A stretch of 62,927 bases of DNA, filler included, from Asterionella formosa (GCA_002256025.1; 15 parts of 15 records of this genome joined end to end with filler, not necessarily neighbours in it); one strand, 5' to 3'; positions 35,493-49,500 are shown, counted from the whole stretch's first letter. A program made the numbers and translations. Notes: generated by a model not told the origin, from the letters alone.

Positions 35493-37232
35493 ACCATCTG
35501 CAAATAAAAAGTATCATGCATATAGGATCAAGGGGATTGTACGCTAAGTGGCACAGGATTTTCGTATACATGATAATTTTTGGATCAAAACTATGATCAA
35601 GGTATCCTATAACTATGATGATTTATTAATATTTTACCGACCTTGAAGTATAATGATAATAAGAACATTATCATCACACAATGTATATCAACTGATCAAC
35701 AACATTACTCATCAACATCATAAACCTTCTCATATTATTTTCAATTCTCGTGATTGCCCGATGTAAATTATTACTACAACGCATCCTAAAATCAGCTCAA
35801 CTCTATGCTATCATGTAAATTGTTTCATCGTAAATCTAAGGTAAACATGATCATAATTCTAATCACAAGCATTGTTCAAAATAGATTGAAATGGATTGTA
35901 ATTTAACTATCAAATTTAGCAATGCTATCTATTAATCTACGTGCCAGTGACCCAACCTTTCTCTCTCTACTCGGCTCAGTGTATATTGCTCCTGTCTTGC
36001 CCTTTTCTTCCTCTTTTCTGAATCTTGTGCCAAGCAATGCCTTACTAATGTTGCGTCTCTCTCCATGTTGTTAGCATCATTCTGAACTCGCCGACTATTT
36101 AGTTGTTTGATCGGTTTTATTATCCTATGCAGTTACAGTAACAATGAGAAGGAATGACTTATTAGCTAGACATGTTACACTGACACAACATCACGCCATT
36201 CCATCGTTTCTTCTTGCTTGCTTCACTTACCACAGCCAAGTCAAAGCAAGTGATGTATAAGTCTGTAATAGTAAATTGTCAGTAAATTCTTGAATAAGTA
36301 AGTTTCAGGTTTCCAATGTTGCCGAATACAACTTACCAATTCATTTTCGTTTGCTTGACTTTGAGAGAAGGTAAAGTGGCGTGTCCGTCAGTTATGTTCC
36401 ATCAGAAGTGAATAGGTCCAACAACAAGAGCACTTACCAATTTTGTTTTGTTTTGTTTTGTTTTACATTGGTGCTCCCCAACACGCGAAACGAGCTGTTG
36501 AATCAACTGAGAAAAAAGGAAATGTGCGTTTAGTTTACAATTTGTTGTTGTCCTGCCTCCCAACAATTGTCATCAAAGTACCACATTGATGGCTTCATTA
36601 CCTTAAACATACTCCATCCTTCGAAGGCGCAATTTTTGTCAAAGCCACAATGTTTTTCGTTATTGCGTAAACTTTCCTTTCTTGTTATGTGCTTTACTAC
36701 GATATTTCTTTTGCATGAAGCAGTCATTGATTGTTAACATGCTGACAGAACGATTTCAAATATATTTGCCATGTATATAGTTATAAAATTTGTAAATATA
36801 TTTGTAAATATATAAATATATCAAGTGTCGTACATTTATAAAAATCAAAGGCACTGTCAATATGAAACGTCTGGTATTGTTGAGATGATCATATTTGCAT
36901 ATAGATAATTCGATAATATTCAATGCACGATATGTCCATTGTTTTCCACAACTTCGTGTACCGGTACTGTTTTTTAGAAATTTGTTTGCATCAATATTTT
37001 CTACGTCCGTTGGAACTAATTATTTAGACCATTCAATTGGTGTACTAAGTCATAACCCATTTTTATCATTATTTATACGCAAGGATTTTGGTAGCAAATT
37101 GTTTAAGCCCCTTTTTTGGGCGGGAGTTCTTCATGTGTACCGATACATCATACGACAATAACATTTTATATACAGAGTACCAGTAGCAGGTAGGAAGTGA
37201 TATACTGGGGGTACCAGGTAGTCAGAGTACCA

Positions 37233-37685
37233 GGTAGTAAGCGAGCAATAGAACACATATGTTCATGACTGTTGCTACTGCAGTGGGACAGTAAATCATC
37301 ATAGTTTCAGGATAGTATAATCATAAAATTGAAAAATGATAGTCGGAGTAGTAGCTAAGCGAGCAACAGGGCACCATATGTTCATGACTGCTGCTACTGC
37401 AGTGGGACAGTAAATCATCATATTTTTAGGATAGTATGATCATAAAATTGAAAAAGAATAGTCGGAGTAGTAAGTGAGCAATAGAACACCATATGTTCAT
37501 GGCTGTTGCTACTGCAGCAGGACAGGAAATCATCATAGTTTTAGGATTGTACGATCGTAAAATTGAAATAGAGTAGTCGGAGTAGTAAGTGAGCAATAGA
37601 ACACCATATGTTCATGACTGCTGCTACTGCAGCGGGACAGTAAATCATCATATTTTTAGGATTGTATGATCATAAAATTGAAAAC
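37233..37685 (-). repeat. Tandem array, 4 x ~115 bp (counterpart of 7806-8270)
   Basis: CATATGTTCATG(A/G)CTG occurs near 37256, 37375, 37490 and 37605. Confidence 0.9.
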
Positions 37686-37874
37686 AAGATATGCTATTAC
37701 TCAAACTTCTTGGTTCTGATTTTGTATATGATAATGTAAATAGCACTGTTGGTTTTATGGTATCATATCTAGACAGCGTAAAATATTTTAAGTAGTGGCT
37801 GATGATTCATTTCATTGTAGCTTGCAACACCTGATTTTAAGATCATCGACAACAGTTATCTAGTAGTACAAGCA

Positions 37875-39793
37875 ATGTCTTCAAAAACCCATAAAGAGGT
37901 TCATGGAAACAAGCAACTTGTGGCAAATACTGCCGGTATGGAACAAAGAAGCAAGTAACAAAATGAGTTAACAAAGAAAAAGCGAAAAGGCGATTATCCA
38001 AAGGAACCCAATCGGCGACAGGGAGTTAGTAGGGGTACTACCCCATCATCGATGGGGACACCATCAGCTACTAGTACAAAGGCTCCCGTAATTGATACTG
38101 AAAGCGATGATGACGTTTCTTTTTCAGTTGTTGATACAAGAAAAATGGCTCCTGTCGATGATACCATGAATGACTTTCGGATGCAGATGGACGACATTGT
38201 ACCATATCATAAATTTTCTAATCGCACGGACCAGCAAGTACATGACAAACTGAGGGAAAAAAATTTTGCACTTTCCAAAGGATATTATCAATTGGTCAAT
38301 GAACTCAATCACTACAAAGGTCGTGATTCGGTTCAAAACTCGCTTGTCCATACGAGGTTATCAAGAATATTCAATTTCAGCAGCCTTATCAGAACGTAGT
38401 TCCCGCTTAGCTAAAATTGACCTGATCCATCAATTGTCACAAAGGTTGTGAGTTTTATTTTAAAGACCAAGAAGTTTTGCTGTGAACATGTAAGTTTGAT
38501 GTTATAGTTTGTGAATTGCAGGTACTGTAAAACAGAATATCAATCAAATGTGCTTTTTTCTGGTCCCAAAAGAGAATCAAACATCCCGCCCTATCTGGTC
38601 CAAGTAGTATGAAAGGCATTTCCAATCACAAACAGGATTGGTTGGTTTGCCGAATGTTGCCTAACTCAGCTATACACAGTGAAACCGGAGTTAGGCAAAG
38701 AATTGGAGAGTGACCCAGAGCATGCCGATTTCATGTGGAATGGTTCTGATGCACTACTTCCGATGAATGAGACCATTGAACGTACCAACAAGGCACGTTT
38801 AGTTTACATCAAATCAACATTTGGTGGCATGTGCATTAAAAAGTTGAGAGAATGTCAGAATGTATTGAATAATCAATTTAAAGGAATCTTAGGTAAGTTC
38901 TTGCAGAGCGGGAGATGCTTTGAAAGCATGATGCTTTGAGTGGGTGATTATATTCTTATCAAATATGTTTGAATTTAAAAATGCTAACATAATTCATGAC
39001 ACACCAGCTGGTCAAACAGAATATAACTTCCAGAGTATGGATATTGATGACTTTATTAGGTGGGCGTTCACGCTTTATCGTTTTGCGCAGTCAAAGGACA
39101 TTGACAGGGGAAGCCAAGGATACCAAGTCTGGCGTGATGTTCTTGCTCCAGTGTATTTTATAGGCAGGACAAGCCGTGTAGAACCATTTTTAACAGGAGA
39201 CAAATCTGGTGTGACCAAATTTCTACTCAGTGTGCGTTCCGGCACAGTGTGAATTGCAATCACGTTTTGTTGGTTCGCTGATCAATGCCAGTACAGAAGC
39301 ATTTTGCTTCTTGGTGCTGAAAGGAAAATTTCGATTGCAACAAAAATATTTGGGTTTCAATCCAGATACCCATGAAATTTCAGAGAACGATATTCGTCAT
39401 TCTACTGATTTTTTCGACATTGGTGGGAAGCCACTTATCAAAAAAAGTGTGAGGGAAGAAAGTTCAGTTTCAAACGGTCTCACTGATCAATTTACTGATG
39501 ATGTTGATTTACTCGGTTATTATAAGGAAATCTACACTGGACTTTCACAAAATAATCGATCTGAATATGGAAGGAATCCTAGTGGAATTGCTACTCCCAC
39601 CACAAATATCATCTACCCACACTCATACTTCTCATTTCCCAATGTAAGTGATGATGATATGCATCAATATGTTGAACCACTTGAACCAATTGTTCCTGAG
39701 AAGAATATTGATTACAATGAACACATTAATCAATGGGACATTGATGACGACGTTGATTTTGAATGGATCCAATGGAATCCAATGCATGCTTAG
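37875..39793 (+). pseudogene. Transposon accessory gene of unknown function, intron-containing and frameshifted
   Basis: Chain of same-strand ORFs (38052, 38266, 38679, 38944, 39230) with GTAAGT donors near 38490 and 38893. It contains INASTEAFCFLVLKG, resembling the S(D/T)EAF..LVL.N motif of TE-associated diatom proteins. Confidence 0.55.
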
Positions 39794-40325
39794 CTAGTAG
39801 TTACATAATAAATATAGTTAGTGTGAGACTTCTACAATGCACAAACCATATCATAGATTTTAGGAAAACATTGATGCTGCTCTATACTACTAGTAGTGGC
39901 ACCTGTACTGTATGTAGCGGTATACCTCCATTTTTACTACTATGGTGGAGTGATAATTTCACGACTATGTATTGTCCAGCACAGCATGATCGGAGTGATG
40001 CTAAATTTATTTATATTAATTCATTTTCATTCTATCCTGTTCATATCCTAACTTTGTCATCATTTGAAATTTGCAATGGTGTTATCTGTGTAACTACAAA
40101 TTTCGGAAGAAGAACAAATCCCCATCTGAGTCTCACAACCGAAATTGTCGCAACCATGTTTTCTAAGCATATGGTCACTGTCAACATTGCATGCAAGAAC
40201 ATCGAGTTCCTGGAATACATAATGAAACTATGTATTGCGGTAGTGCATCGAATCATTCAAGGAAAGGAGTTAATGGCAGTGTAACTGCTACAGCATTTAG
40301 GGAGACTAGACAACAAGAAGAGATT

Positions 40326-41480
40326 ATGTGTCCTTTCCTTGAATCAAGTGGCCACAATCATCCATTTCATGACGACAGCGATGATTCGGTTTATAACAAT
40401 ACTCAGTCACAACAAGACAAACAATTGAGACTAAAAACTCTCCAAGGATTGAATTCAGAGACCATGCAATATTCAGATTTCCAAGATCACATCGGCTTTC
40501 TCCCTGAAAATGCAATGTAAATGCCCCTTCCCCTTCCTCCTCAATATCAACTTCCAAGTAAACATTCCCTAAACATGCGCGCATCCAATCGAATTAGAAC
40601 TCATGTTATTCATTAACTAGAATTACCTTCCTCCAGTTTACTTTGATCATCTAATGAAATGGCTGTTCAAGGCCAAAGCAATGAAATATTTTGAAGGAAG
40701 GTATCAAGCTCCATCCTACCAGACTTTGAAAAAACGCAGCATGGATATTTCATTTCCACCAACATTAGCTGGTGTTCAACTGTTGACCAAACAAATACAG
40801 ATTGATAACAATTCAAACATGATCATCCCACGCACACTCCATTATTTCGAACCAGTACAGCTCATGGCAGGATTGTTACGTGATTCCGATATCATGCAAC
40901 ATTTTGTACATCACCCACAAGTGAAACTTACAACTTGTGGAGAACGCATATATGACGAAGTAACTTCCACCACTTGGTTTGAAAATGCATTCAACAATTT
41001 TCCTGCATCAGAAAATGGTTTGTTGAAGGCAAGACAGGGTGTTTATTTGTTGCCCTAGCAGTTTTCAGTGATGGTTCACCTATTGATAAACAAACGAAAC
41101 GCACATTCCGAGCATCCGTTTTTGTTGACAATGTTAAACTTAACGTTCGAAGGAAGGAATGTAAAAAGTTGATGGATGGCAATTGGTATCTCTTTTTGCC
41201 AGACCCCCAGCACATTGAAGTCAGTGATCTGGAGAAACAAATGAATAACAAGTTATCTGTTGAGCAACGATTTGTCCTTATGTCGACTCAAATTATACCA
41301 TTCTGTTTCAGGATTTTTATCGTCGCCTTTCAAAGAGCGATCCAAACAAGTCATACGATGTTTGGGTTCATGGTCTTGGTATGACAAAAGTTTATTTCCA
41401 GATTAGAATGATCATTGGTGATACAGAAGAGCACAGCAAAATTTGTGGTTTCAGGGGTGGTAATGGATTATATCGACGAT
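40326..41480 (+). pseudogene. Plavaka-type (CACTA-related) transposase, frameshifted and truncated
   Basis: ERIYDEVTSTTWFENA...YLLP/LAVFSDGSPIDK...EHPFLLTMLNL...IRMIIGDTEEHSKICG matches the order of Plavaka motifs (R.Y.E..T..W; I..SD.T; IIGD..H..LCG). Confidence 0.65.
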
Positions 41481-42103
41481 GTGTCCTATCCTTGAATCAA
41501 GTGGCCACAATCATCCATTTCGTGACGACAGCGACGATTTAGTTTATAACAATATTCAGTCACAACAAGACAAACAATTGAGACTAAAAACTCTCCAAGG
41601 ATTGAATTCAGAGACCATGCAATATTCAGATTTCCAAGATCACATCGGCTTTCTCCCTGAAAATGCAATGGAAATGCCCCTTCCCCTTCCTCTTCAATTT
41701 CAACTTCCAAGTAAACATTCCCTAAACATGCGCGCATCCAATCGAATTAGAACTCATGTTATTCATTAACTAGAATTACCTTCCTCCAGTTTACTTTGAT
41801 CATCTAATGAAATGGCTGTTCAAGGCCAAAGCAATGAAATATTTTGATGAAAGGTATCAAGCTCCATCCTACCAGACTTTGAAAAAACGCAGCATGGATA
41901 TTTCATTTCCACCAACATTAGCTGGTGTTCAACTGTTGACCAAACAAATACAGATTGATAACAATTCAAACATGATCATCCCACGCACACTCCATTATTT
42001 CGAACCAGTACAGCTCATGGCAGGATTGTTACGTGATTCCGATATCATGCAACATTTTGTACATCACCCACAAGTGAAACTTACAACTTGTGGAGAACGC
42101 ATA
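41479..42103 (+). repeat. Direct duplication of 40326-40950 (offset 1153 bp)
   Basis: Near-identical from ATGTGTCCT to GAGAACGCATA. ORFs 40654 and 41807 are almost identical up to CGERI. Confidence 0.95.
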
Positions 42104-42928
42104 GCTAGTTGCAAAGAAAATTTTTATGTATGCATTATAGAGCCTCGACTATGGTGGAGTTCTTTGGGTCACACTGTGGCCCAGAGGGCAAGGATTGTGA
42201 ATTTAGGACAGGGGAGCCAGGCAAGGAGCCCATGCAGCTCTTAGAGTAGGATGAGGAGATTTTGTTATTGGGTGTGACTTAGGCAAGGAGCCTATGTGGC
42301 ACTTAGATTTTTTGGTGGAGAAAGTGAGAGAAACAAATGGTAATGACAAATGGTTTCAGAAGGCAGAGAGAGAGATGTGAGATTGTCTTGGATGATAGGA
42401 GTAAGAATGAGGACATTACAAGGTAGCTAGAAAAGTTCAGATGGTGAAGGCAGAGTATTGAGTTGGCTGGTGCTATTCAAATGAATGGAATAAATACTGG
42501 CGCAAAGACGTGGAAGAAAAATATTGTAGAAAGGAGGCCTGGAATGAAAGAATAATGCAGTGATATAGGAGTGAAGGAGAGGCAGGGTTCAGTCGAGGGG
42601 AAGGAGAAGTGAGACTGGTGGTAAATGCGGGGATTGAAGAATGGTGCATGATATGCGCCAACCAATGGTTCTGCGGGTTTGGGTTTCTTTTGCAGTGTGG
42701 AGAGAGGGGTTCTGGATGATTCCGTATTCTTTGAATTCTCAAGGGCATCGTTGGGATGAGACATTGGTGGTGGAGGGGAATGAAGTGGAAGAGCGGCAGC
42801 AAAGGTGCCCGAAACGGGCATGGTACAGAGGATAAGGATGAGAAGCAGCGTGTAGGTTAGTCTGAAAACTAGTTTGACAAATGTGCTGTCAGAGGCGCGC
42901 AAAGTAGGCGAAAGTCGTTTCCTTTGGA

Positions 42929-43056
42929 ACATCTAAGACGCGAAATACGCCACTTTTCGAAATTTCGTCTACGTATGAGTGTTAATTATGTGGTACTTCA
43001 CATGCATTAATGCCACTCTTCACGTAAAAAAGATTACTTTTAACGGTTTCATGTGA
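42929..43056 (+). repeat. ACATCTAAG dispersed repeat, copy 3 (runs to contig end)
   Basis: Near-identical to the start of the copies at 3891 and 22948. Confidence 0.88.
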
Positions 43057-43156
43057 NNNNNNNNNNNNNNNNNNNNNNNNNNNNNNNNNNNNNNNNNNNN
43101 TTAATTAATTAANNNNNNNNNNNNNNNNNNNNNNNNNNNNNNNNNNNNNNNNNNNN

Positions 43157-43486
43157 ACCAGAAGTTGGAAAGACCAAGATAGTTGGACCTAGAGGCGAGG
43201 TAACCAATCCATTATAAATCCTAGTGGGTAGGATTTCAGGACCAGAAAGACCAGTATAGCCAAGCCTTCCACATAGCTGAAACGTCACTGTGTCACACGT
43301 GAAAATGGCATTACCGAGGGGAGTAAAAGTGCCGGCACCTGCGGTGCAAAACGGGACAGTCTCAGCGCGATTGAGAACAGCAAAGTAGTAATCAGTCGCT
43401 GCATCAGCTGCTGGCGCAAAAACAAGGAGAGAGAAAAACAAATGGACCACCATGATTGTGACGGCGTGAATGATAGAGACCTTCAT
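43157..43486 (-). CDS. Secreted CHRD-like domain protein, 3'-truncated by contig end
   Basis: Signal peptide (LFFSLLVFAPAADA), then YFAVLNRAETVP...GNAIFT...LCGRLGYTGLSG...RIYNG....LGPTILVF. This matches CHRD spacing (A.L.G..EVP...G.A...L...GL...HIH.G...GP). Confidence 0.55.
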
Positions 43487-45061
43487 GATTCCGGAAGTCA
43501 GTGCAAGTGAACAGTTAATTTAAATTATAACACGAACAAAGAACAAATACAAATGAATCAATAAGCTATGATTGCAAGCTGCCTGCCAGGATCTTTTCGC
43601 TCCTTCAATATAAAGAACGTTTGAAATAGGATTTTCCAGCAGGTTCAAGCAGCTGCCACATGTTCTAAAATCTTTTCATCATCCGTTTCACTATTACATA
43701 CCAGCTTTAGGGTACCTTTAGCGTAGGGCATATTTATTACGAGCGACATGAAGATTCATCGGAGCGATCTGCAATAGCGTTCGTTACCTTGGATTCAGAT
43801 TCATACAACAGTTTCAGAATGGCTCATTTGAGTACATATCTGTTCCTTCATGTCATTCCTAGAAAGTGTCGTCGAGCTCGTGTGGTATACCGGTATACAG
43901 TGAGGCTTTTAAAAATATAGGAGCATCATTGTGGCACCCCACTGAAACAGCTGACAAATTTCTTGATCTCCTGTATCTCCATTCTTCTAAAATCTTTATA
44001 GTAATGGGTATATCCATAAGCTAGCAGATTACTTGCCACATTTCGACAATCAGCAAATTGATAAAATTCGAACAAAGTACCGGTTCGAACTTACATACCG
44101 GTACAGTTATAGAAAAGTTACTGATTCTTACTAAAATGGTTGTCATTCAGTGCATTTTAAAGATTTTTACCCCAAANNNNNNNNNNNNNNNNNNNNNNNN
44201 NNNNNNNNNNNNNNNNNNNNTTAATTAATTAANNNNNNNNNNNNNNNNNNNNNNNNNNNNNNNNNNNNNNNNNNNNAGCTGCATAAAAATAATCATTATA
44301 ATATACCGATCGTAATTTCAAATCAGTACTGGTCACCAGTACAAATATACAAAGGTACAAGATACAAGTACATTCTACTGTACAGTATAGTGTTAACATT
44401 GTCGTACAACCATTATCATTGACATAAAAAAAAACACCATGACGATCACACTGTCCATTGTTTCTCATTCAATTCTTGTCCAAATGGCAACGTCTTTACT
44501 CGATTCAATGAACCCAACTCATCTTCAAATATGACATGAACATCTTTTTCGTACCGACACGAATTAGATTTTTCAAACCATATCATCATGCCGCAACTGT
44601 TGCCGTGCCCACGGAATTGCAAAACCATACCAAAAAGTAATAACAAATATTGTCACTCCACCATGTCATTCAGGACGCACCCGCAAATGCGAATTATATA
44701 TATGACATGCATAACATTATAATAATTTGTAAAATTTTTACATGACCATCACTCTGGTAAGTACAACAAAGTTCACTTCTACATATTGATATCAAAAGAC
44801 AAACAAAACAGGTACTGATACATTCATTCTCATAACAATTTCCATCTATATGACTATGTCCAGCCCTAGAAGGGCTGGATGCTCTATAGGGAAGACGCCT
44901 AGAGGCATCTACCCTTTTCCCTGTCCCTGACCCTAACAGATTTGTCTATGGATCAGTACACATGTGAAATTGGTTAGTACCTGGGGTTTGGTACCAGGAC
45001 ATCTGTTTAGTCACATGCATGGAGTAATATTGGCTGTATTGGTACGTGGTACCTCGTTGTT

Positions 45062-45295
45062 CTATCCAGTAGCATGTCCAAAAAAATCTCCGAGATGAAG
45101 TTCAGTAAAGACAGCATTGACCTTGAGAGCCTCTGCAATGGCCTTGGCTCCGTCAATACCAATTGAAATATTAGAGAGACCAAGTCTAGTCAAGACAGTA
45201 TTGACCTTGAGAGCCTCTGCAATGGCCTTGGCTCCATCATCAACAATTGAATTCTGATAGAGATGAAGTGTAGTCAAGACAGTATTGACCTTGAG
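45062..45295 (-). CDS. 3' end of an RI-like (NLRC3-type) 28-aa LRR gene
   Basis: 84-bp tandem units encoding LTTLHLYQNSIVDDGAKAIAEALKVNTV and LTRLGLSNISIGIDGAKAIAEALKVNAV; truncated by the contig end. Confidence 0.85.
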   Translation of the reverse strand, partial: LKVNTVLTTLHLYQNSIVDDGAKAIAEALKVNTVLTRLGLSNISIGIDGAKAIAEALKVNAVFTELHLGDFFGHATG

Positions 45296-45589
45296 NNNNN
45301 NNNNNNNNNNNNNNNNNNNNNNNNNNNNNNNNNNNNNNNTTAATTAATTAANNNNNNNNNNNNNNNNNNNNNNNNNNNNNNNNNNNNNNNNNNNNGAAAA
45401 TATTTTAGGAAAGAAAATCCCGGTATAAATTACCTACTACATATTGAATCGAATGAATCAAGAAAGAATATGGTACCAGAGAATTCGAAAACAATCTACG
45501 CCAACAGTAAAAACCCATAATTCTATTAAAACTCTTAGGAACGATTACAATCGATCACGGAGACATCGTTGTTATATCTACAGCCTATT

Positions 45590-46415
45590 TGGTCCCTGAC
45601 GTGTCCTTACAGGATACAAGAAAGCATAGAGTGCTTCGGGACGCAATTTCAACAGTTTTAATAGAATTAATCGGCCAGGAAGAGCCGTGATACCACAATC
45701 AACAACAGGCGGACCATTGAGAGTCCGGAGACAAGATCTGAGGGTACCAGACCATCCAGAGTCTGAAGAAGTCGCACAGGGCGCATCATGAGTGGCAAAG
45801 GAAAGTTTACCAAGAAGGCTCAAGCCAAGGGCAAGTTTCAAGCCAAGGGAGGGAGCAATATTGCTTCTCAATCAATCAAGAAGTCAGTCAATGACTATAA
45901 CTACTACCTCGGATCATCGAAGCAGGCATCTGATTATGAGACTACTACTGAGTACCTCATCAATCATATCAAGAAAGTGTTCGACTATGGCAACGACATA
46001 GGAACCGCGCTCGAGTTATTAGAACCAATGAGCACATTGGCATGGAAGCCAAGAATGCAAGTGAGCATTGCAACAACAGAAGAAGATCGCGCTGCAGAGA
46101 ATCGACAATATGAGATTGAGTTCAAGGCTGACTATGACACCTACAGTAAAAGGGTACAGGCCTACGAAAATAATAATACCAAGGCATATGCGTTGCTCTG
46201 GGAAAGATGCAACAAAGCCATGAAGAACAAGATTGAAGCAAGATCCGATTAAAATAGGATCAAAAATAACCCAATAACATTGCTTATGGCAATTAAAGAA
46301 CACGCATTAAATTTTCAAGAGAATCGATATTCAATGTCGATCATTTTAGATGCGATGAGAACGCTTTTATTCACAAAGCAAAAAGAAGGAGAAAGTCTAC
46401 AAGACTACACCAAGA
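45590..46415 (+). mobile_element. 5' part of a CoDi-like copia element: primer-binding site and disrupted gag (ATG 45788)
   Basis: TGGTCCCTGACGTG (45590-45603) resembles a tRNA-Trp primer site (TGGTGACCCCGACGTG). Gag motifs YYLGSSKQASDYETT...KAYALLWERCNKAMKNKIEAR and LLMAIKEH...KQKEGESLQDYTK are present, with a stop at 46250-46252. Confidence 0.75.
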
Positions 46416-46515
46416 NNNNNNNNNNNNNNNNNNNNNNNNNNNNNNNNNNNNNNNNNNNNTTAATTAATTAANNNNNNNNNNNNNNNNNNNNNNNNNNNNN
46501 NNNNNNNNNNNNNNN

Positions 46516-49500
46516 TGGCATTATAAATTGGGACATTTGGGCCCTGCTACTATACAGTGGTTACTACTAGCTATTACGACAACCGTCATTTGGTAATAAT
46601 AATCTAAAAATGAGAGCAGCTGCCCATGCATTGTACTGCACCTAAGTAAGTGTGCAGCATGTGAGTATGGGAAGGCCCATAGGAAACCTTTAAAAGCCAC
46701 AATTGGCACTCCATTGCCTGAGAGGGAGGGAAAGGTGAAGCTAGTAGTAGGAGACATATATCCAGGCTCAGGAGTATCTGAAGACCATTTCGAATCAAAA
46801 GTGCTTGGAAGACAACAATATTCTTCACGAGGAAAGTCACATGACTCCTGTATGTTTTAAGGGAGCTGTATCTTTGTGGACCATGCATCCGGCCTTCTAT
46901 ATTTCCACCACCAGGTGGGATTCTCAGCAACCGAAACACTCACGGGTAAGCAGCAATTCGAAAATTGGGCTTACAACCACGGGGTTCGCATAGGCCGATA
47001 TATGACCGACAATGGCACTTTTGGCGCTAAGGAGTTTGTTGATGCTATCATTGCACGTGGACTACTACAGGTTAAATACTGTGGAGTAGGTGCACATCAC
47101 CAAAATGGGGCTGCTGAGAGAAGCATATAAACTGTATCTAATATGGCAAGATTCGTGATGCTACATGCATCAATTAGATGGCCTGAAACCGTTGATGCAA
47201 TGCTATGGCCCATGGCAGTTGATTATGCTGTACATGTCTATAACCACATGCCAGGAGCACGGACAGGACAATCACCAATTGATGTATTTACTGGGTCTCT
47301 ATTACCTCCTAGACATGGACTTCAGGACTTACATGTATGGGGCTACCCATGCTACTATGTACTAGATCCTAAAATGCAAAATGGCATTAAGCTACCTAGT
47401 AGATGGAAACCAAGGTCGAGGAGAGCACTGTTTGTAGGAATGTCTCCACATCACAGCAGTAATGTGCCATTAGTACTAAACCTAAAGACAGGAAGTATAT
47501 CACCACAACTTCACGTCGTGGTATGATTTGATGATTTCTTTTCTACAGTTATGTCCATGCCAGAGAGAGATAACCCGCCCACCAGCAGCAGACTGGGAAA
47601 CAATTTTCAATGAGTCACGCTCTCAAGCGTACTTCGATGAGCATGATCTACCTTCCTTACAGGAATTCCTTACAGGAAGAATCATGGTTACAGGACGAGG
47701 AAGCCTACCTAGACAAGAAATTGCGTATGGAGGCTAAGGTGCTACCCACTATGGCGGGTCTACACACCAAGGATGAAATCATGCCTTATGCACCTCAGAG
47801 GAGTCACCAGTAAGGGATTGTCCCCTAGTGTTGCTGCACTACCAACCGAAGTATTGCAGAGTGTCTCAGCACGGATGGATGCGGTGGATACAAGTAAGTG
47901 GCTGCATAGGCTACCTCCCAGACACTAGGAATATGGTACAAGATGCTGTAGGAATGATTCCACAAGAATCAGCAGCAGTGGAACAAGAACAAATTGAGCA
48001 ACCTCAACAACAAGAAATGTCTCTTCCACAGCGATGTAGTAGTACCAGAACAAACAGAGCACCGCAACGGTTCATTCCTGGTCTACGTGGGCAAGATGGA
48101 TATCTTGGACATACTTTTTTATCTAGTCTAAGTGAACCGGATTACTGTTTGAGCCAATCGGAGTGGTCGGTCCTGGCTTACTTATCGTCACTAATGACCG
48201 ATCCTATGACCGGATATATGGAATTTACCAACAACCCAATTGCGTTTGCTGCTATGGCAAAGAGGTCTGACCCAGATTCTCCTCGTTATCATGAGCGAGG
48301 CAATGGCAAGCATCGATTCTGAATCCTTAAGGAAGCGATGGTAGTAGAAATAAATGCTCTAATGGCAAAAGATACCGCTTGGACTATCACACCACGAGCA
48401 TCCTCCATTCCGAACAAAAATATCCTGTCGGGAACATGGGCGTTCAAAAGGAAGAGATTTCCTGATGGTCATCTTCGAAAATGCAAAGCACGCTTCTGTG
48501 TCCATGGTGACAAACAAGTAGAAGGTGTTGATTATTTCGATACACATGCACCAGCCCGTAGGACAATGGTTCACAGTGCGATGCTTACTGGTCATGTCAA
48601 TTGTGTTAGGACTTGAGACACGACAAATCGACTATGATAGTAATGCATTTTGTCAAGCAGAGATTGAAGAAGAAGTGTACGTGGAATTACCAAAAGATTT
48701 TGGTGAAAAGCAAGGGCGCGACATGGTCCTCAAGCTAAATAGACCTTTCAGCCTTTCTAGGTATTCAAATTGATAGAAATGAAAATGGTTCTCTGAAACT
48801 AACTCAGGAAGGATTAATAAAGAGAGTACTAGAGGCTACCAAGATGCAAGACTGCAGGCCTACAAAAACTCCAGCAATTAAGGAAAATTTAGTTGCTGAT
48901 GTCAATGGTGAACCTGCAGAAGAACAATGGAACTACAGGTCGTCAATAGTAGGCATGTTATTGTACTTGGATTCCAATTCTCGACTGGACATAGCATTTG
49001 CAGTTCACCAGTGTGCGCGATTTTCAAATTGTCCTAAAGTATCACATGAAGGAGCAATTAAGAAAATTTGCCAGTATCTAAAAGGGACAGCAACCGAAGG
49101 GATGATCGTATTTACACCATCCAAGGAATTCGCAATTGATTGCTATGTGGATTCAGACTTTGCAGGATAATATGGTAGTGAAGATTCACATGATCCTGTT
49201 TGTGCTAACAAGTCAAGGACAGGGTTTGTCATAACGTTAGCTGGATGTCCTCTACGATGGGTATCCAAACTACAGACCACTATAGCCCTATCTACTATGG
49301 AAGCTGAGTACCAGGCCTTGTCAGCAAGTTCTTGTCGGGATTTAATTCCATTAAGACAGCAAATTTGCAAGGAGGCATCTGAAGCTCTCAAGATTATCAT
49401 AGTACGGTCACATTCAAAGATATACAAAGACAATAGTGCATGTTTGTCTCAAGCAACAATGCCAAAAATGACGCCACAAACAAAACATATTGCAGTGGCA

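Larger units (their letters stand above)
35552..42103 (+). mobile_element. Large degenerate DNA transposon with a Plavaka-type transposase and accessory ORFs
   Basis: The left 3.7 kb is shared with 6719-9940. It contains a 115-bp array, an intron-containing accessory gene and a Plavaka-like transposase. A candidate terminus CACAG lies at 35552. Confidence 0.65.

Noticed and set aside
42477..42932. 151-aa minus-strand ORF in a purine-skewed region
   Set aside because: No recognisable motif; it is explained by compositional bias or a TE remnant I cannot classify.
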